Positions 28,564 to 37,969 of a DNA stretch of 64,000 nt are shown one piece after another. Positions within the stretch are counted from its first letter, which is position 1. Every line of letters starts with the position of its first letter. Location: assembly GCA_038885755.1 (NCBI GenBank), contig JAVZZH010000002.1, positions 160,001 to 224,000 of the forward strand. Direction: 5' to 3'. A program made the translations under genes and the position numbers. Source of the stretch: Candidatus Caldarchaeum sp. (lineage in GTDB: Archaea; Thermoproteota; Nitrososphaeria_A; Caldarchaeales; Caldarchaeaceae). The notes below the pieces were generated by a model. That model searched no databases. It was not told the DNA's origin and saw only the letters and a list, made by a program, of their open reading frames with translations.

Positions 28564-29664
28564 GTGGTGGTTGTTGTCGTGAAAAAGCCCTCGACGATAC
28601 AGCTCGTGCTGGCGGCGGCGGTTGTTTCGTGGGGGTTGAGCGTCTACCTCCACCACCCCGGCGTGGAGGGAAACGTCTACAGCGACGTGGCTTCTTTTTG
28701 GTGGCGTGAATCATACCTCAGGGATGGCTTGATTCCGTGCATCCAGTACTTCTTCGAATATCCACCCGCATCCTGTTTCATACTCTACGCCGCTCGGCTG
28801 GCAGGCGGGCCTTCTCTAGAGTCATACTACATGGCTTTCTCGGCGCTCAGCCTTCCCGCCTACCTGCTGCTATCATGGGCTTTGACTCGTTTAGCAGGAC
28901 GCGTCGGAGCCTTCTTCACCCTGATGCCCAGCATGGTTGTCTACGGTGTATACAACTTCGACCACTTCTTCACAGCGCTTCTGGCGGCATCGCTGGTCGT
29001 GTTCATGGAAGGCAGGCACAGGCTTGCCTACTTTCTGCTGGGAATGGCTTTCTCGGTAAAGCTCTTCACCGTCCTACTGCTTCCGGTCTATCTCATGGAG
29101 CGTGGAGGAAGGATGAGGAACTTCTTGGAGGGTTTAGGTTTCTTCGCCGTCGGAGCTTTGCCAGCCACGGCGCCGGTGCTGGCAACAAACCCTGCGTGGG
29201 TTGCTGAGTTCCTGAACTACCACATGAGTTGGGGGCTTGAGAACGCCTGGACTGTCTGGCTCTCCGCAGACCCGTTCTCGCCGTCGGCCAAAGTCGTGGG
29301 CTACATGACGGCAGCCATGCTTCTCCTCAGGTCCTACATCTCGCAAGCAGGCTTGACTATGAAGAGTTTCCTAGTCTTCTCGGCATGGCTGCTAGGCAGC
29401 CCAACCTTCACGCCTCAAATGGCTATCTGGCTTATACCCTTCGCAGCCGCAACCCCTAGGCTTTGGGTCTGGGTTCCGTTCTTCGAGACGGTCAACGCAG
29501 CGATCATCTACACATGGTTCACGACCAGCACGCCGACCTATCCATGGACCTTGCCGCAAACCATGTCGCTCCTCAGAGCCTCCGCGCTGGCCGCTATGTG
29601 GTTTACGGCCTACCGTAATCAGACAAGCCTACGTGCTTTTGCCGTGCTGGGTCGGGAAACATGA
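28564..29664 (+). CDS. GT-C superfamily (GT87-like) membrane glycosyltransferase
   Basis: YSDV, FFEYPP, YNFD, GMAFSVKLF and FTPQMAIWLIP in a polytopic membrane protein. Confidence 0.75.
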   Translation: MVVVVVKKPSTIQLVLAAAVVSWGLSVYLHHPGVEGNVYSDVASFWWRESYLRDGLIPCIQYFFEYPPASCFILYAARLAGGPSLESYYMAFSALSLPAYLLLSWALTRLAGRVGAFFTLMPSMVVYGVYNFDHFFTALLAASLVVFMEGRHRLAYFLLGMAFSVKLFTVLLLPVYLMERGGRMRNFLEGLGFFAVGALPATAPVLATNPAWVAEFLNYHMSWGLENAWTVWLSADPFSPSAKVVGYMTAAMLLLRSYISQAGLTMKSFLVFSAWLLGSPTFTPQMAIWLIPFAAATPRLWVWVPFFETVNAAIIYTWFTTSTPTYPWTLPQTMSLLRASALAAMWFTAYRNQTSLRAFAVLGRET

Positions 29665-30779
29665 ACAAAAAAGTTCTAGTCTACTTGTCGCTGCTGTCTG
29701 TGTTGCTGGCCGGCCATATGACAATCCCCCTCATAGGCCTTTATGCTGCAGTGGTTCTCGGCGCAGCACCATTCGTGATCGGATTCATCTACGGCGCGAC
29801 CACGATAACGGCCTTCGCTTACAGGCTGCCCTCAGCATGGATTGCCGGCAAAATAGGCGTGCGTAGAACCATGGCTGTGGGAATTTTTTCAACCACGTTG
29901 GCGTGCGTCGTGTACGGATTTTCCACATCACCATTTCACATGCTGGTGGGCAGCTTTTTGAGAGGTGTTGGTTCAGCCTTATTCTTCCCCACAGCTCTCT
30001 CAACCGTTTACGAGGAGGCGGGCGGTGATGGCCGGGATGCCAAAAACCTAGGATACATGCTGACGGCTCCTGCGACGGGGATGACGTTGGGGCCGGTCGT
30101 GGGAGCGGCGGTCTTGTCGGTCTCAAACCATCAAACCACCTTCTTCACAGCAGCCGCAATCTCTTCGGCCGGTCTGGTCGGCATGCTGTCGGCAAGAGAC
30201 TATGAACAGACGAGGGCAGGCATCAGGTCGTCATCCGTCTTGGAGAGAAAGTTCTTGCTCCTGCTGGCCTCGAGGTTCTTCATAAACTACATAACTGGAA
30301 CTGTGGCGGCTTTCGCTCCCTTGATGGCTAACATGGTGCTGGGCTACGCCGAGCCGGTGGTCATGCTGCTTTTCACAGCCGGAGCCGTGGCAAACCTCTC
30401 TTCCCGCATACTCATGGGTGCTTTTTCCAGCAGGCTCGGGGCCCACAACTATCTGCTAGTTGGCTCGCTCACTCTGTCCGTGTCCGCCTTGATTCTCAGC
30501 CTTCTGAACGAAGGATTGACGTGGGTTGGTATGGTTGCCTACGGCTTCGGTATGGGCGGCTTTGTGCTGGGAAGCGTCTACATGACTGGAAGGCTGCTGC
30601 CGCCGGAGGCTAGGACGATGGGCTTCGCCATGCTTACGTTAGCGATCGACGTTGGAAGCTCAGCAGGCAACTTCTTCTCCGGAATGATCCTGACGCTGGC
30701 CGGGTTCAGGGAGGTCTTCTTGGTCGCAGCTCTCTCCGGGTTTACGGGTGCTGCGGTCGACTTGGCCAGCCGACGATGA
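29661..30779 (+). CDS. MFS transporter
   Basis: About 12 TMs, motif-A-like AGKIGVRR and LGPVVGA. Confidence 0.88.
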   Translation: MNKKVLVYLSLLSVLLAGHMTIPLIGLYAAVVLGAAPFVIGFIYGATTITAFAYRLPSAWIAGKIGVRRTMAVGIFSTTLACVVYGFSTSPFHMLVGSFLRGVGSALFFPTALSTVYEEAGGDGRDAKNLGYMLTAPATGMTLGPVVGAAVLSVSNHQTTFFTAAAISSAGLVGMLSARDYEQTRAGIRSSSVLERKFLLLLASRFFINYITGTVAAFAPLMANMVLGYAEPVVMLLFTAGAVANLSSRILMGAFSSRLGAHNYLLVGSLTLSVSALILSLLNEGLTWVGMVAYGFGMGGFVLGSVYMTGRLLPPEARTMGFAMLTLAIDVGSSAGNFFSGMILTLAGFREVFLVAALSGFTGAAVDLASRR

Positions 30780-31458
30780 CCCTCGCCTTTAGAAAGACAT
30801 GGTCAAGCATTCTCTGCGTAAGCCTCCCCGTGCTGGTGTTCTGCCGGGACGGGTGGTAGGATGCGATTAGGAAGGGCAGAGCCCTTCCATACAGAAGGCC
30901 TTCAAGCCTGTAAACAACTCCATGCCTGAAAAGCAGCCGTTTTTTAGGCTTAAAATTCTCCCGCCTCAGCAGCCGGAGATACGTCGTGAAGGCCAGCCGG
31001 CCCAGCGCAACGCAGACCTTGACGTTCTGCAGGAGCCTAAGCTCCTCAGCCAAGTACTGGATGCAGTTGTTTATCTCGGCTGCCGTGGGCTTGTTGCGTG
31101 GCGGGGCGCATCTAACTACTGCTGTGATGTAGGCGTCTTTCAACACAAGGCCGTCGTCTCGGCTCAGGCTCCGGTCCTTGTTCGCGAACCCGGCTCGGTA
31201 GAGCGACTTGATTAAAGTGTCGCCGCTGGAGTCGCCTGTGAACATCCTACCGGTCCTGTTCCCGCCGTGAGCCGCTGGAGCAAGCCCTACAACCAGAAGC
31301 CTAGCATTAACATCACCGAACCCGGGCAGAGGCCTAGCCCAGTATCTCTCCGACCTATATCTTGGGGGAGGGTTTTCAGCAACTCTCTCACGGTTCTCCA
31401 CAAGCCTCGGGCAGAGCCTGCAGGAGATTATTCGGTTGTTCAGCTCCTCCAGAGTCAT
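30742..31458 (-). CDS. udgB: Uracil-DNA glycosylase family 5 (UdgB-like, Fe-S)
   Basis: CRLCPRL, GLAPAAHGGNRTGRMFTGD, RCAPP.NKP and YHPSRQNT. Confidence 0.9.
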   Translation of the reverse strand: MTLEELNNRIISCRLCPRLVENRERVAENPPPRYRSERYWARPLPGFGDVNARLLVVGLAPAAHGGNRTGRMFTGDSSGDTLIKSLYRAGFANKDRSLSRDDGLVLKDAYITAVVRCAPPRNKPTAAEINNCIQYLAEELRLLQNVKVCVALGRLAFTTYLRLLRRENFKPKKRLLFRHGVVYRLEGLLYGRALPFLIASYHPSRQNTSTGRLTQRMLDHVFLKARVIVGWPSRPQHP

Positions 31459-32108
31459 GTTCTCCGTAGAATTCCTCCCTCGCCGACGAACGGGTTGCTT
31501 CTCTTCTCCCAGCCCAGGGTTGTCGGAGGCCCGTGGCCGGGCAGGACTTGGACGTCGTCGGGTAGGGTGAAGAGCTTGTTGACGATGGAGTCGACTATCT
31601 TTGCTGTGTCTCCGCCGAAGGCGTCCGTCCTGCCTATCGAGCCTTGGAAGAGGGTGTCGCCGCTGAACAAGATGCCGTCCGTGTAGTAGCAGACGCTCCC
31701 CGGCGAGTGGCCCGGCGTGTGGATGACTTTCAGCCGGCATCCACCCACCTCGATAACCTGCCCTTCGACGACGTAGCCGTCAGGCTCCGCGGGCTCGGGT
31801 ATATCAATCCCTAGAAAACCCCTCGTCAACTCCCTGCTCCTCGCCAACAACTCCCTGTCGTCTGGATGAATGTAGAAGGGAACGCCCAAGCTCTGCTTCA
31901 AGTCCTCCACAGCCATCACGTGGTCGAAGTGGCAGTGGGTTGCGTAGACCGCCACGGGGTTAAGCCTGTATGCGTGAATGGTTTCGAGGATCTTCCAAGC
32001 GTCGTCGCCTGCGTCTATTATCACAGCCTTTTTCGTGTCCTCGTCGTAGGCTATGTAGGAGTTGCTCCGCAGGAGGCCGACCTCGTTGACGAAGTACTTG
32101 AGCTTCAA
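31455..32108 (-). CDS. MBL-fold metallo-hydrolase (glyoxalase II-like)
   Basis: THCHFDH, HTPGHSPG, FSGDTLF and PGHG. Confidence 0.92.
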   Translation of the reverse strand: MKLKYFVNEVGLLRSNSYIAYDEDTKKAVIIDAGDDAWKILETIHAYRLNPVAVYATHCHFDHVMAVEDLKQSLGVPFYIHPDDRELLARSRELTRGFLGIDIPEPAEPDGYVVEGQVIEVGGCRLKVIHTPGHSPGSVCYYTDGILFSGDTLFQGSIGRTDAFGGDTAKIVDSIVNKLFTLPDDVQVLPGHGPPTTLGWEKRSNPFVGEGGILRRT

Positions 32109-32130
32109 CCCGTTTCCCGTCCATCAACCG

Positions 32131-32928
32131 CTATATAGTTTTGAAAACACCTCTCTCGGTCAAGTAGAATGAGACGAGAGAGGCGGCCACTTTCTCGAAG
32201 ACGGGGTTGAAGACCTCCACACCCGGCCCGGCGTCCAAGTCCTCCGGTGGCCCGTGCTCCTGCTCGAACTTGTCCGTTTTCTTCCAAGTGTCGCAAGCAA
32301 CGTACACAGGCTTGTTCTGGTTTCTCGCAGCCAGAGCGAGCAGTCCAGCACCCAGCTTGCTCGAGAAAGAGCCGTCGGGGAACAACGCGTCAGCGCCCAC
32401 GACAACCGCATCCGAAAGACCGGCTGCGAGGAAGGCGGCGGCGTCAACACAGACAACCACTTTCTTCAAATCTTTCAAACCCGCCGCCGTTATCAAGCCC
32501 TCCCGCAGAGGCCTCGACTCGAGCACAAACACCTTCTCAACCCCGGCTGCTTTTTTAAGAATCTGGAGAACTGTTCCGCTGTGGCTAATCGTGCACACCG
32601 TCTTGTGCTGCCCTAGTTCTGCAGCGGCTGTCTCAACAAGCCTCTCAGCAATCCCTCGGTAGGTTTTCTCAACCTCTTCACAAGCCTTCAGAAGCTCGCC
32701 GGCCTCGAAACGCTTGACCCTGTTCAAGACCTCTACGCTGAAGCGGCGCACCAGAGGCATGGACGGCCTAGCGTTCTCAACCTCCTCAGCCAGCTTCAAA
32801 GCATCCAAGCTCAAGTCGCTGCTCTCAACAGCCAGCGCCCTGTACGCTTCTAAAACCTTCCAAGCAAGAGCCGTAGACCCGAGACGTCTCTCACGTCTGA
32901 TCTCGTCCACTATTCTGAAGGCCTTCAA
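32131..32928 (-). CDS. eIF-2B alpha/beta/delta-like protein (aIF-2B / sugar-phosphate isomerase family)
   Basis: ARPSM, TISHSGTV, ESRPLREG, VVVGAD and NPVFE. Confidence 0.85.
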   Translation of the reverse strand: MKAFRIVDEIRRERRLGSTALAWKVLEAYRALAVESSDLSLDALKLAEEVENARPSMPLVRRFSVEVLNRVKRFEAGELLKACEEVEKTYRGIAERLVETAAAELGQHKTVCTISHSGTVLQILKKAAGVEKVFVLESRPLREGLITAAGLKDLKKVVVCVDAAAFLAAGLSDAVVVGADALFPDGSFSSKLGAGLLALAARNQNKPVYVACDTWKKTDKFEQEHGPPEDLDAGPGVEVFNPVFEKVAASLVSFYLTERGVFKTI

Positions 32929-33947
32929 GGCGTGAGGATTATTTTGCCGAAGAAGGCGTCGGACTCCATCAGCCTGTGGGCTTCGGCGGCGTCCTTCAGC
33001 GGGAGGGTTTTGTGGATTACGGGCTTGAGCAGGCCTTTCTCGAAGAGCTGGAGCACGTGCGGGATTTCATGCTTGTTCCAGCTGTATGAGCCTAGGAGGC
33101 TGACCTGTCTCCGGTATGTCTGGCGTATGTTGACGGCTGCGTTCTCGCCTGTCGTGGCTCCGAAAAACACCATCCTGCCTCCCGGGCTGAGACACTTCAA
33201 AGCCTCGTCCCATACCGCTTGACCCGCATGCTCCACGACGATGTCAACGCCCTGCCCCCGCGTTATCTCGTTTACGGCTTGGCTTACGCTCTGCCTCCTC
33301 CTGTTCACCACGTAGTCGGCTCCGAGCTGGAGTGCTTTATCAGCCTTCCAGTCATCCCCGACGGTAGCTATGACAGTCGACCCGAAAAGCTTGCAGAGCT
33401 GAACAGCAGCCACGCCCACGCCGCTTCCAGCCCCCACCACGAGCACGGTCGAGCCAGGCGTCAGGCCCGCTCTCGAGACCAACGCATGCCAGACAGTCAT
33501 GTAGGCGACCATTATGCCGGCGGCCTCGTTCATGCTGAGTGTTTTGGGAACGGGGTGCAGGTTGGAGGCAGGGACGACTGTTTTCTCGGCGTACGTGCCG
33601 TCGGCTCCGAAGCCTAGGAGGCGGTGGCTTTCGCAGAGCGAGTCGTAGCCCTTCAGACAGAACCTGCACCTACCGCATGTGAGGGCGGGGTTTATGACCA
33701 CGCGGTCGCCCTTCGCAACGTTCGAAACCTCCTCGCCGACCTCCTCCACGACTCCAGCGCCGTCCCCGCCTATGATGCGTGGCAGCTGAGGCTTGTAGAC
33801 GCCGCTGCGTATCCAGATGTCTATCCTGTTCATCCCAGCTGCGTGAAGTCTTACAACAGCTTCTCCCCTGCCAGCCTGTCTATCGGGAACATCAACATAC
33901 TTCAGAACTTCAGGAGGGCCGTGATGCTCCAGAACCACAGCCTTCAT
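32925..33947 (-). CDS. Zn-binding MDR-family alcohol dehydrogenase/quinone oxidoreductase
   Basis: GxDGAG, structural Zn CGRCRFC...C, GAGSGVG and FGKIIL. Confidence 0.9.
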   Translation of the reverse strand: MKAVVLEHHGPPEVLKYVDVPDRQAGRGEAVVRLHAAGMNRIDIWIRSGVYKPQLPRIIGGDGAGVVEEVGEEVSNVAKGDRVVINPALTCGRCRFCLKGYDSLCESHRLLGFGADGTYAEKTVVPASNLHPVPKTLSMNEAAGIMVAYMTVWHALVSRAGLTPGSTVLVVGAGSGVGVAAVQLCKLFGSTVIATVGDDWKADKALQLGADYVVNRRRQSVSQAVNEITRGQGVDIVVEHAGQAVWDEALKCLSPGGRMVFFGATTGENAAVNIRQTYRRQVSLLGSYSWNKHEIPHVLQLFEKGLLKPVIHKTLPLKDAAEAHRLMESDAFFGKIILTP

Positions 33948-34035
33948 GAAGATTCATGGAAAACGCGTGGTTATAAGACTGTCTAGTGGTTTAGCATACA
34001 CTATTATTTTACGCCGGGCATGCGTGTCGGTGTTG

Positions 34036-35004
34036 ATGCGGCGGCCGCTGGTTTCTCTGGAGGATGTCGTGATGGTTTACAGGGTTAGGAGAGGGCTGCT
34101 CGGCTCGAGGATGGTTAGGGCTGTTGACGATGTCAGCCTTTCCGTCGACGAGGGGGAGGCTGTGGCGCTGGTGGGTGAGTCGGGGTGTGGGAAGACCACG
34201 GTCGGCAAGCTGAGCGTCAGGCTTCTCAAACCAACTTCCGGCCGCATATTCTACGACGGCGTCGACGTCTCCAACCTGCCTTCGGGAAAGCTGCAGAAGC
34301 TGAGGAGGGAGACGAGGATTATTTTCCAAGACCCCTACGCCAGCATCAACCCCTACATGACTGTGGGAGAAACCGTCGAGGAGCCGTTGACAACCCACGG
34401 AGTAAGAGACAAGCAGGAGAGGATGGAGCTTGTTCACAGGGCGCTTGAGGACGTCAGGCTTACTCCTCCGCAGGACTTTGCGGCCAAGTACCCCCACATG
34501 CTTTCCGGCGGCCAGCGCCAAAGAGTGGCGATCGCACGCGCGATCGTGCTCAAGCCCCGGTACATGGTGGCCGACGAGCCTGTGTCTATGGTCGACGCCT
34601 CCAGCAGGGCCGAGGTTCTGGAGGTTTTGAAAAGTCTCCAGACACGGCACCGTATAGCATTCCTCTACATCACCCACGACTTGGCTACGGCCCGCTACTT
34701 CTCCGACAGAATAGCCGTCATGTACCTCGGCAGGGTCGTGGAGATGGGCGGGGTTGAGGATGTTTTGGCGGATCCTCTTCACCCCTACACTCAAGCCCTC
34801 GTCGCATCTACCCCCGAGCCGGACCCGAGAAACAGGTTTGTCGAGAGGCCCGCGATAAAAGGCGAGCCTCCGTCGCCTCAGAACATTCCTTCAGGCTGCC
34901 GTTTTCATCCACGATGCCCGCAAGCCTTCAGCCGCTGCCCCCTAGAAGACCCTCTGCTCAGGGAGGTGGGCAGGGGCAGGTATGTGGCTTGTCATCTCTA
35001 CTGA
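34036..35004 (+). CDS. Oligopeptide/dipeptide ABC ATP-binding protein (DppF/AppF-like)
   Basis: GESGCGKTT, IFQDPY, LSGGQRQR, VADEP, HPYT and CRFHPRCP...ACHL. Confidence 0.95.
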   Translation: MRRPLVSLEDVVMVYRVRRGLLGSRMVRAVDDVSLSVDEGEAVALVGESGCGKTTVGKLSVRLLKPTSGRIFYDGVDVSNLPSGKLQKLRRETRIIFQDPYASINPYMTVGETVEEPLTTHGVRDKQERMELVHRALEDVRLTPPQDFAAKYPHMLSGGQRQRVAIARAIVLKPRYMVADEPVSMVDASSRAEVLEVLKSLQTRHRIAFLYITHDLATARYFSDRIAVMYLGRVVEMGGVEDVLADPLHPYTQALVASTPEPDPRNRFVERPAIKGEPPSPQNIPSGCRFHPRCPQAFSRCPLEDPLLREVGRGRYVACHLY

Positions 35005-35010
35005 TCATGG

Positions 35011-35688
35011 TCAGCCTGCGGCGTCGGACACGGGTTGCTGCGAGCCTTCGCCGGTCTTCTCCTGCTTTCTGGCTAGGTTTTTCAGAGCGTCTGACGTAGC
35101 GTACCCGGTGTAAAGTAGAGCCGCGCCCAGCACAGCCAAGCCTAGAGCAGTCCACGGAACCCGTTCAACCTCGACGACCCTAGCATCGACCACGGTAGCC
35201 AGCTTCTCGGACATAACCGTGTTCGTCTGGAAGTTGACGACGGTCTGGGTTTCGGTAATCCTCTGCGTGACCGTCGCAGTAACAGTCTGGGTGACGATTT
35301 TAGGCTTCAGAACCGACACGGTCAGTGTATAGGTTCCAGACTCGCCGAACCCACGAACCACGACGTAGTAGGGGCCTCTTTCAGCCGCAACATGCTCCAC
35401 GGCGTCCGTAGCACCAGGCCCTCGACGGCTCTGTTCAGCCAGTTCTCTCAACGGGTTCAGCAAATACAGGTCGAAGTCTTGGTTGGCGGCCATCCTCAAC
35501 ATGACCACAACAACATCACCCGGCTCTAGAACCACCTTGAAGAAGTGGATTTCACCCCGACCTAGGTAGAACGAGTACGTGCCGGGGGACAGCTCGAGGG
35601 CTGAGCTGAAACCAACTCCCGGAACCACAGGCTGAGCCGAGACAGAGGCCACGGCCAGAAGAGCTACAGCGAGTGGAATGATCTTCAT
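35011..35688 (-). CDS. Membrane-anchored PPC (pre-peptidase C-terminal) domain protein
   Basis: Signal peptide, DFDLYLLNP and GPYYVVV..GTYTLTV, Thr-rich linker, C-terminal TM. Confidence 0.75.
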   Translation of the reverse strand: MKIIPLAVALLAVASVSAQPVVPGVGFSSALELSPGTYSFYLGRGEIHFFKVVLEPGDVVVVMLRMAANQDFDLYLLNPLRELAEQSRRGPGATDAVEHVAAERGPYYVVVRGFGESGTYTLTVSVLKPKIVTQTVTATVTQRITETQTVVNFQTNTVMSEKLATVVDARVVEVERVPWTALGLAVLGAALLYTGYATSDALKNLARKQEKTGEGSQQPVSDAAG

Positions 35689-35785
35689 CTCGTCTTCTTC
35701 GTTTGAACGGCTTATAAGTTTTTAAACACGTGCGGCGAAGTATTTTTGGAAAAACTTATTTAGCCTATTCAAGCATTCAGACAGC

Positions 35786-37969
35786 ATGAGGACTTTATCC
35801 ATCCTGCTGCTGTCCATACTGATTGTCTCGTCTCTAACGGTTGTTGACGGGGCTGAGTGGGGCGAGGAGTTTGCGGAGAGGGGTCCTTCTGCGAAGCTCT
35901 TTCGTTCCTCCGAGTTTTTAGGCGAGCGTATTTCGGGCGGGGCTGCTTACCGTCTGGGAGCGGGGTTCAAGGAGCGCGAGTTTGAGGGTTTCCAGCCGCC
36001 AGCAGCCGAGGCGGCTAAGCCTCAGGGCCCGTTGATCAACATACCCTACAGGTCGCCGACAGCCAAGTTCAGCCGAAACGTCGTGATAACATACGACATA
36101 GGCAACAGGCCCTACCAGAACGAGCCACACATAGCCGTCAACCCCAGCAACCCCGACCACGTCGTCATGGTGTCCCACGACTTCGACGTCTCATGCGCAG
36201 TCTCCTACGTCAGCTTCGACGGCGGAGAGACTTGGCGAGGCCCCGGCATGCCTGCGCCCGGTCCAGAGGACAGCTTCTGCAGCGACCCTGTCGTGGCTTT
36301 CGGCAGGGATGGAACCGTTTACTACACGCTCCTGTCGATTGGAAGCAGGCCGCTGAGGATCGGCCGCCTGCTTTTTGAGACGGATGTTGCGAGCGTAGCT
36401 GTCTCGGTCTCCAAGGACGGTGGGTTGAGCTGGAGCTATCCCTACGTGGCTTCAAGAGGCCGTGTCCTGCCCGCAGCCGACAGGGCGGCCGTGCTTTTCC
36501 TCGACAAGCCGTGGATGGCTGTAGGGCCCGACAGAGCCGACCCAGCCAAGGACGCCATATACGTCACGTACACCGAGTTCAGGACAATCTACCCGTTCCT
36601 GGACTTCTACCCGTTCGTCGGAGAGCCGACCGTCGAGGTTTCGATAAAGCTGGTCAAGTCGACTGATGGAGGCGTGTCCTGGACGAGCCCCGTGGCTGTC
36701 AGCCCGGTGTTCAGCGGTCTGGCGGGAGACGAGGACGCCCGGCTTGTTCAGGGCAGCAACGTGCATGTCGCGAGGGATGGGACGGTCTACGTGGCTTACT
36801 ACGACTCGCTCGACGACGGCCCGTTCAAAGGATTGTTTACACCCATGGTTACTGTCTCGAGGGACGGAGGCCGAACTTGGTCAAAACCCTCCCCCGTCGT
36901 CCCCGGAGGCACCTGGGAGCAGCCTTTCTTCCTCACCCCGACCTACTTCCGCTCATGGGCCTCTATGTTTCCCGTGATTGGAACAAACCCCCAGAACACC
37001 AACGAGGTCTACATCGTCTTCGGCGCCATGGGCAGAGACCCCGGAGACCTGTCCGACGTCTACTTCTCGAGGTCGACTGACGGCGGAACCACCTGGTCTA
37101 GACCGCGGAGAATCAACGACGACCTAACCCTCCGCAACCAGTTCTTCCCAACCATGACTGTATCACCCAACGGCACAATCCACGTCATATGGGGGGACAT
37201 GCGGGACGACCCCGACAACTACCGCTATCACATCTACTACACGCGCTCCGGCAACAGGGGAGAGACCTTCATGGAGAACTCACGAGTGACCGACTACCCG
37301 TCCAACCCCGCATACGGTATAGCCAGCTTCGTCGGCGACTACTGGGGGATAACCGCCACGAACGACGACGTCTACATGGTTTGGACTGATTCGAGGGCCG
37401 GGTTCAGAGGAGCCCCCAACCAAGACATAGCGTTCGCCAGGCTGAGGCCCGTGAGGTCTCCCAGCATCTTCGTAAGCCCGCCGCAGGGCCCGGCCGGTCA
37501 GGTGATATCGATCGTCGGCGATGGTTTTGCAGCACGTCAGCACGAGGTTTTCATCGAGGTTGACGGTGTCGTGATTTCCTCGTTCCCAACCGATGGTGCT
37601 GGAAGGTTCACCGCAACGATCTTCGTGCCGGTTTCAGGCGAGGGAGCGCACACAATCAGGGCGATAGATGTTCTGGGCAACGTGGCTGAGTCCACCTACT
37701 ACACGAGCTTCGGCTTCAACAACATCAGAGACCAGCTCAGCGCGGTCAACGAGCAGCTGAGCCGGCGAATAGACCAAGTCCAGCAGGCCATGCCCAAAGA
37801 GGTTGACGTCAACAAGTTAGCCGACCTCGTAGCTGAGCGGTTAAGGCCTTCGCTTGCCCAGAGCCAGTCGAGCCAGATGGCTGAGATAGCCCTAGGAATA
37901 GCCGTCGTCGCAGTCGCGGTAGCCGCGGGCGCTATCGTCCTGCCCAGCAGAAGGGTGAAGACCAAATGA
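35786..37969 (+). CDS. Secreted BNR/Asp-box beta-propeller (sialidase-like) protein with Ig domain, coiled coil and TM anchor
   Basis: Asp-boxes SFDGGETW, SKDGGLSW, STDGGVSW, SRDGGRTW, STDGGTTW and SGNRGETF; NEPHIAVNP, SDPVVAF, FVGDYWG. Confidence 0.85.
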   Translation: MRTLSILLLSILIVSSLTVVDGAEWGEEFAERGPSAKLFRSSEFLGERISGGAAYRLGAGFKEREFEGFQPPAAEAAKPQGPLINIPYRSPTAKFSRNVVITYDIGNRPYQNEPHIAVNPSNPDHVVMVSHDFDVSCAVSYVSFDGGETWRGPGMPAPGPEDSFCSDPVVAFGRDGTVYYTLLSIGSRPLRIGRLLFETDVASVAVSVSKDGGLSWSYPYVASRGRVLPAADRAAVLFLDKPWMAVGPDRADPAKDAIYVTYTEFRTIYPFLDFYPFVGEPTVEVSIKLVKSTDGGVSWTSPVAVSPVFSGLAGDEDARLVQGSNVHVARDGTVYVAYYDSLDDGPFKGLFTPMVTVSRDGGRTWSKPSPVVPGGTWEQPFFLTPTYFRSWASMFPVIGTNPQNTNEVYIVFGAMGRDPGDLSDVYFSRSTDGGTTWSRPRRINDDLTLRNQFFPTMTVSPNGTIHVIWGDMRDDPDNYRYHIYYTRSGNRGETFMENSRVTDYPSNPAYGIASFVGDYWGITATNDDVYMVWTDSRAGFRGAPNQDIAFARLRPVRSPSIFVSPPQGPAGQVISIVGDGFAARQHEVFIEVDGVVISSFPTDGAGRFTATIFVPVSGEGAHTIRAIDVLGNVAESTYYTSFGFNNIRDQLSAVNEQLSRRIDQVQQAMPKEVDVNKLADLVAERLRPSLAQSQSSQMAEIALGIAVVAVAVAAGAIVLPSRRVKTK

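Noticed and set aside
30742-31740. 332-aa version of the UDG as a fusion
   Set aside because: The N-terminal extension overlaps the MBL hydrolase in another frame; the true start is 31458 (ATGA overlap).
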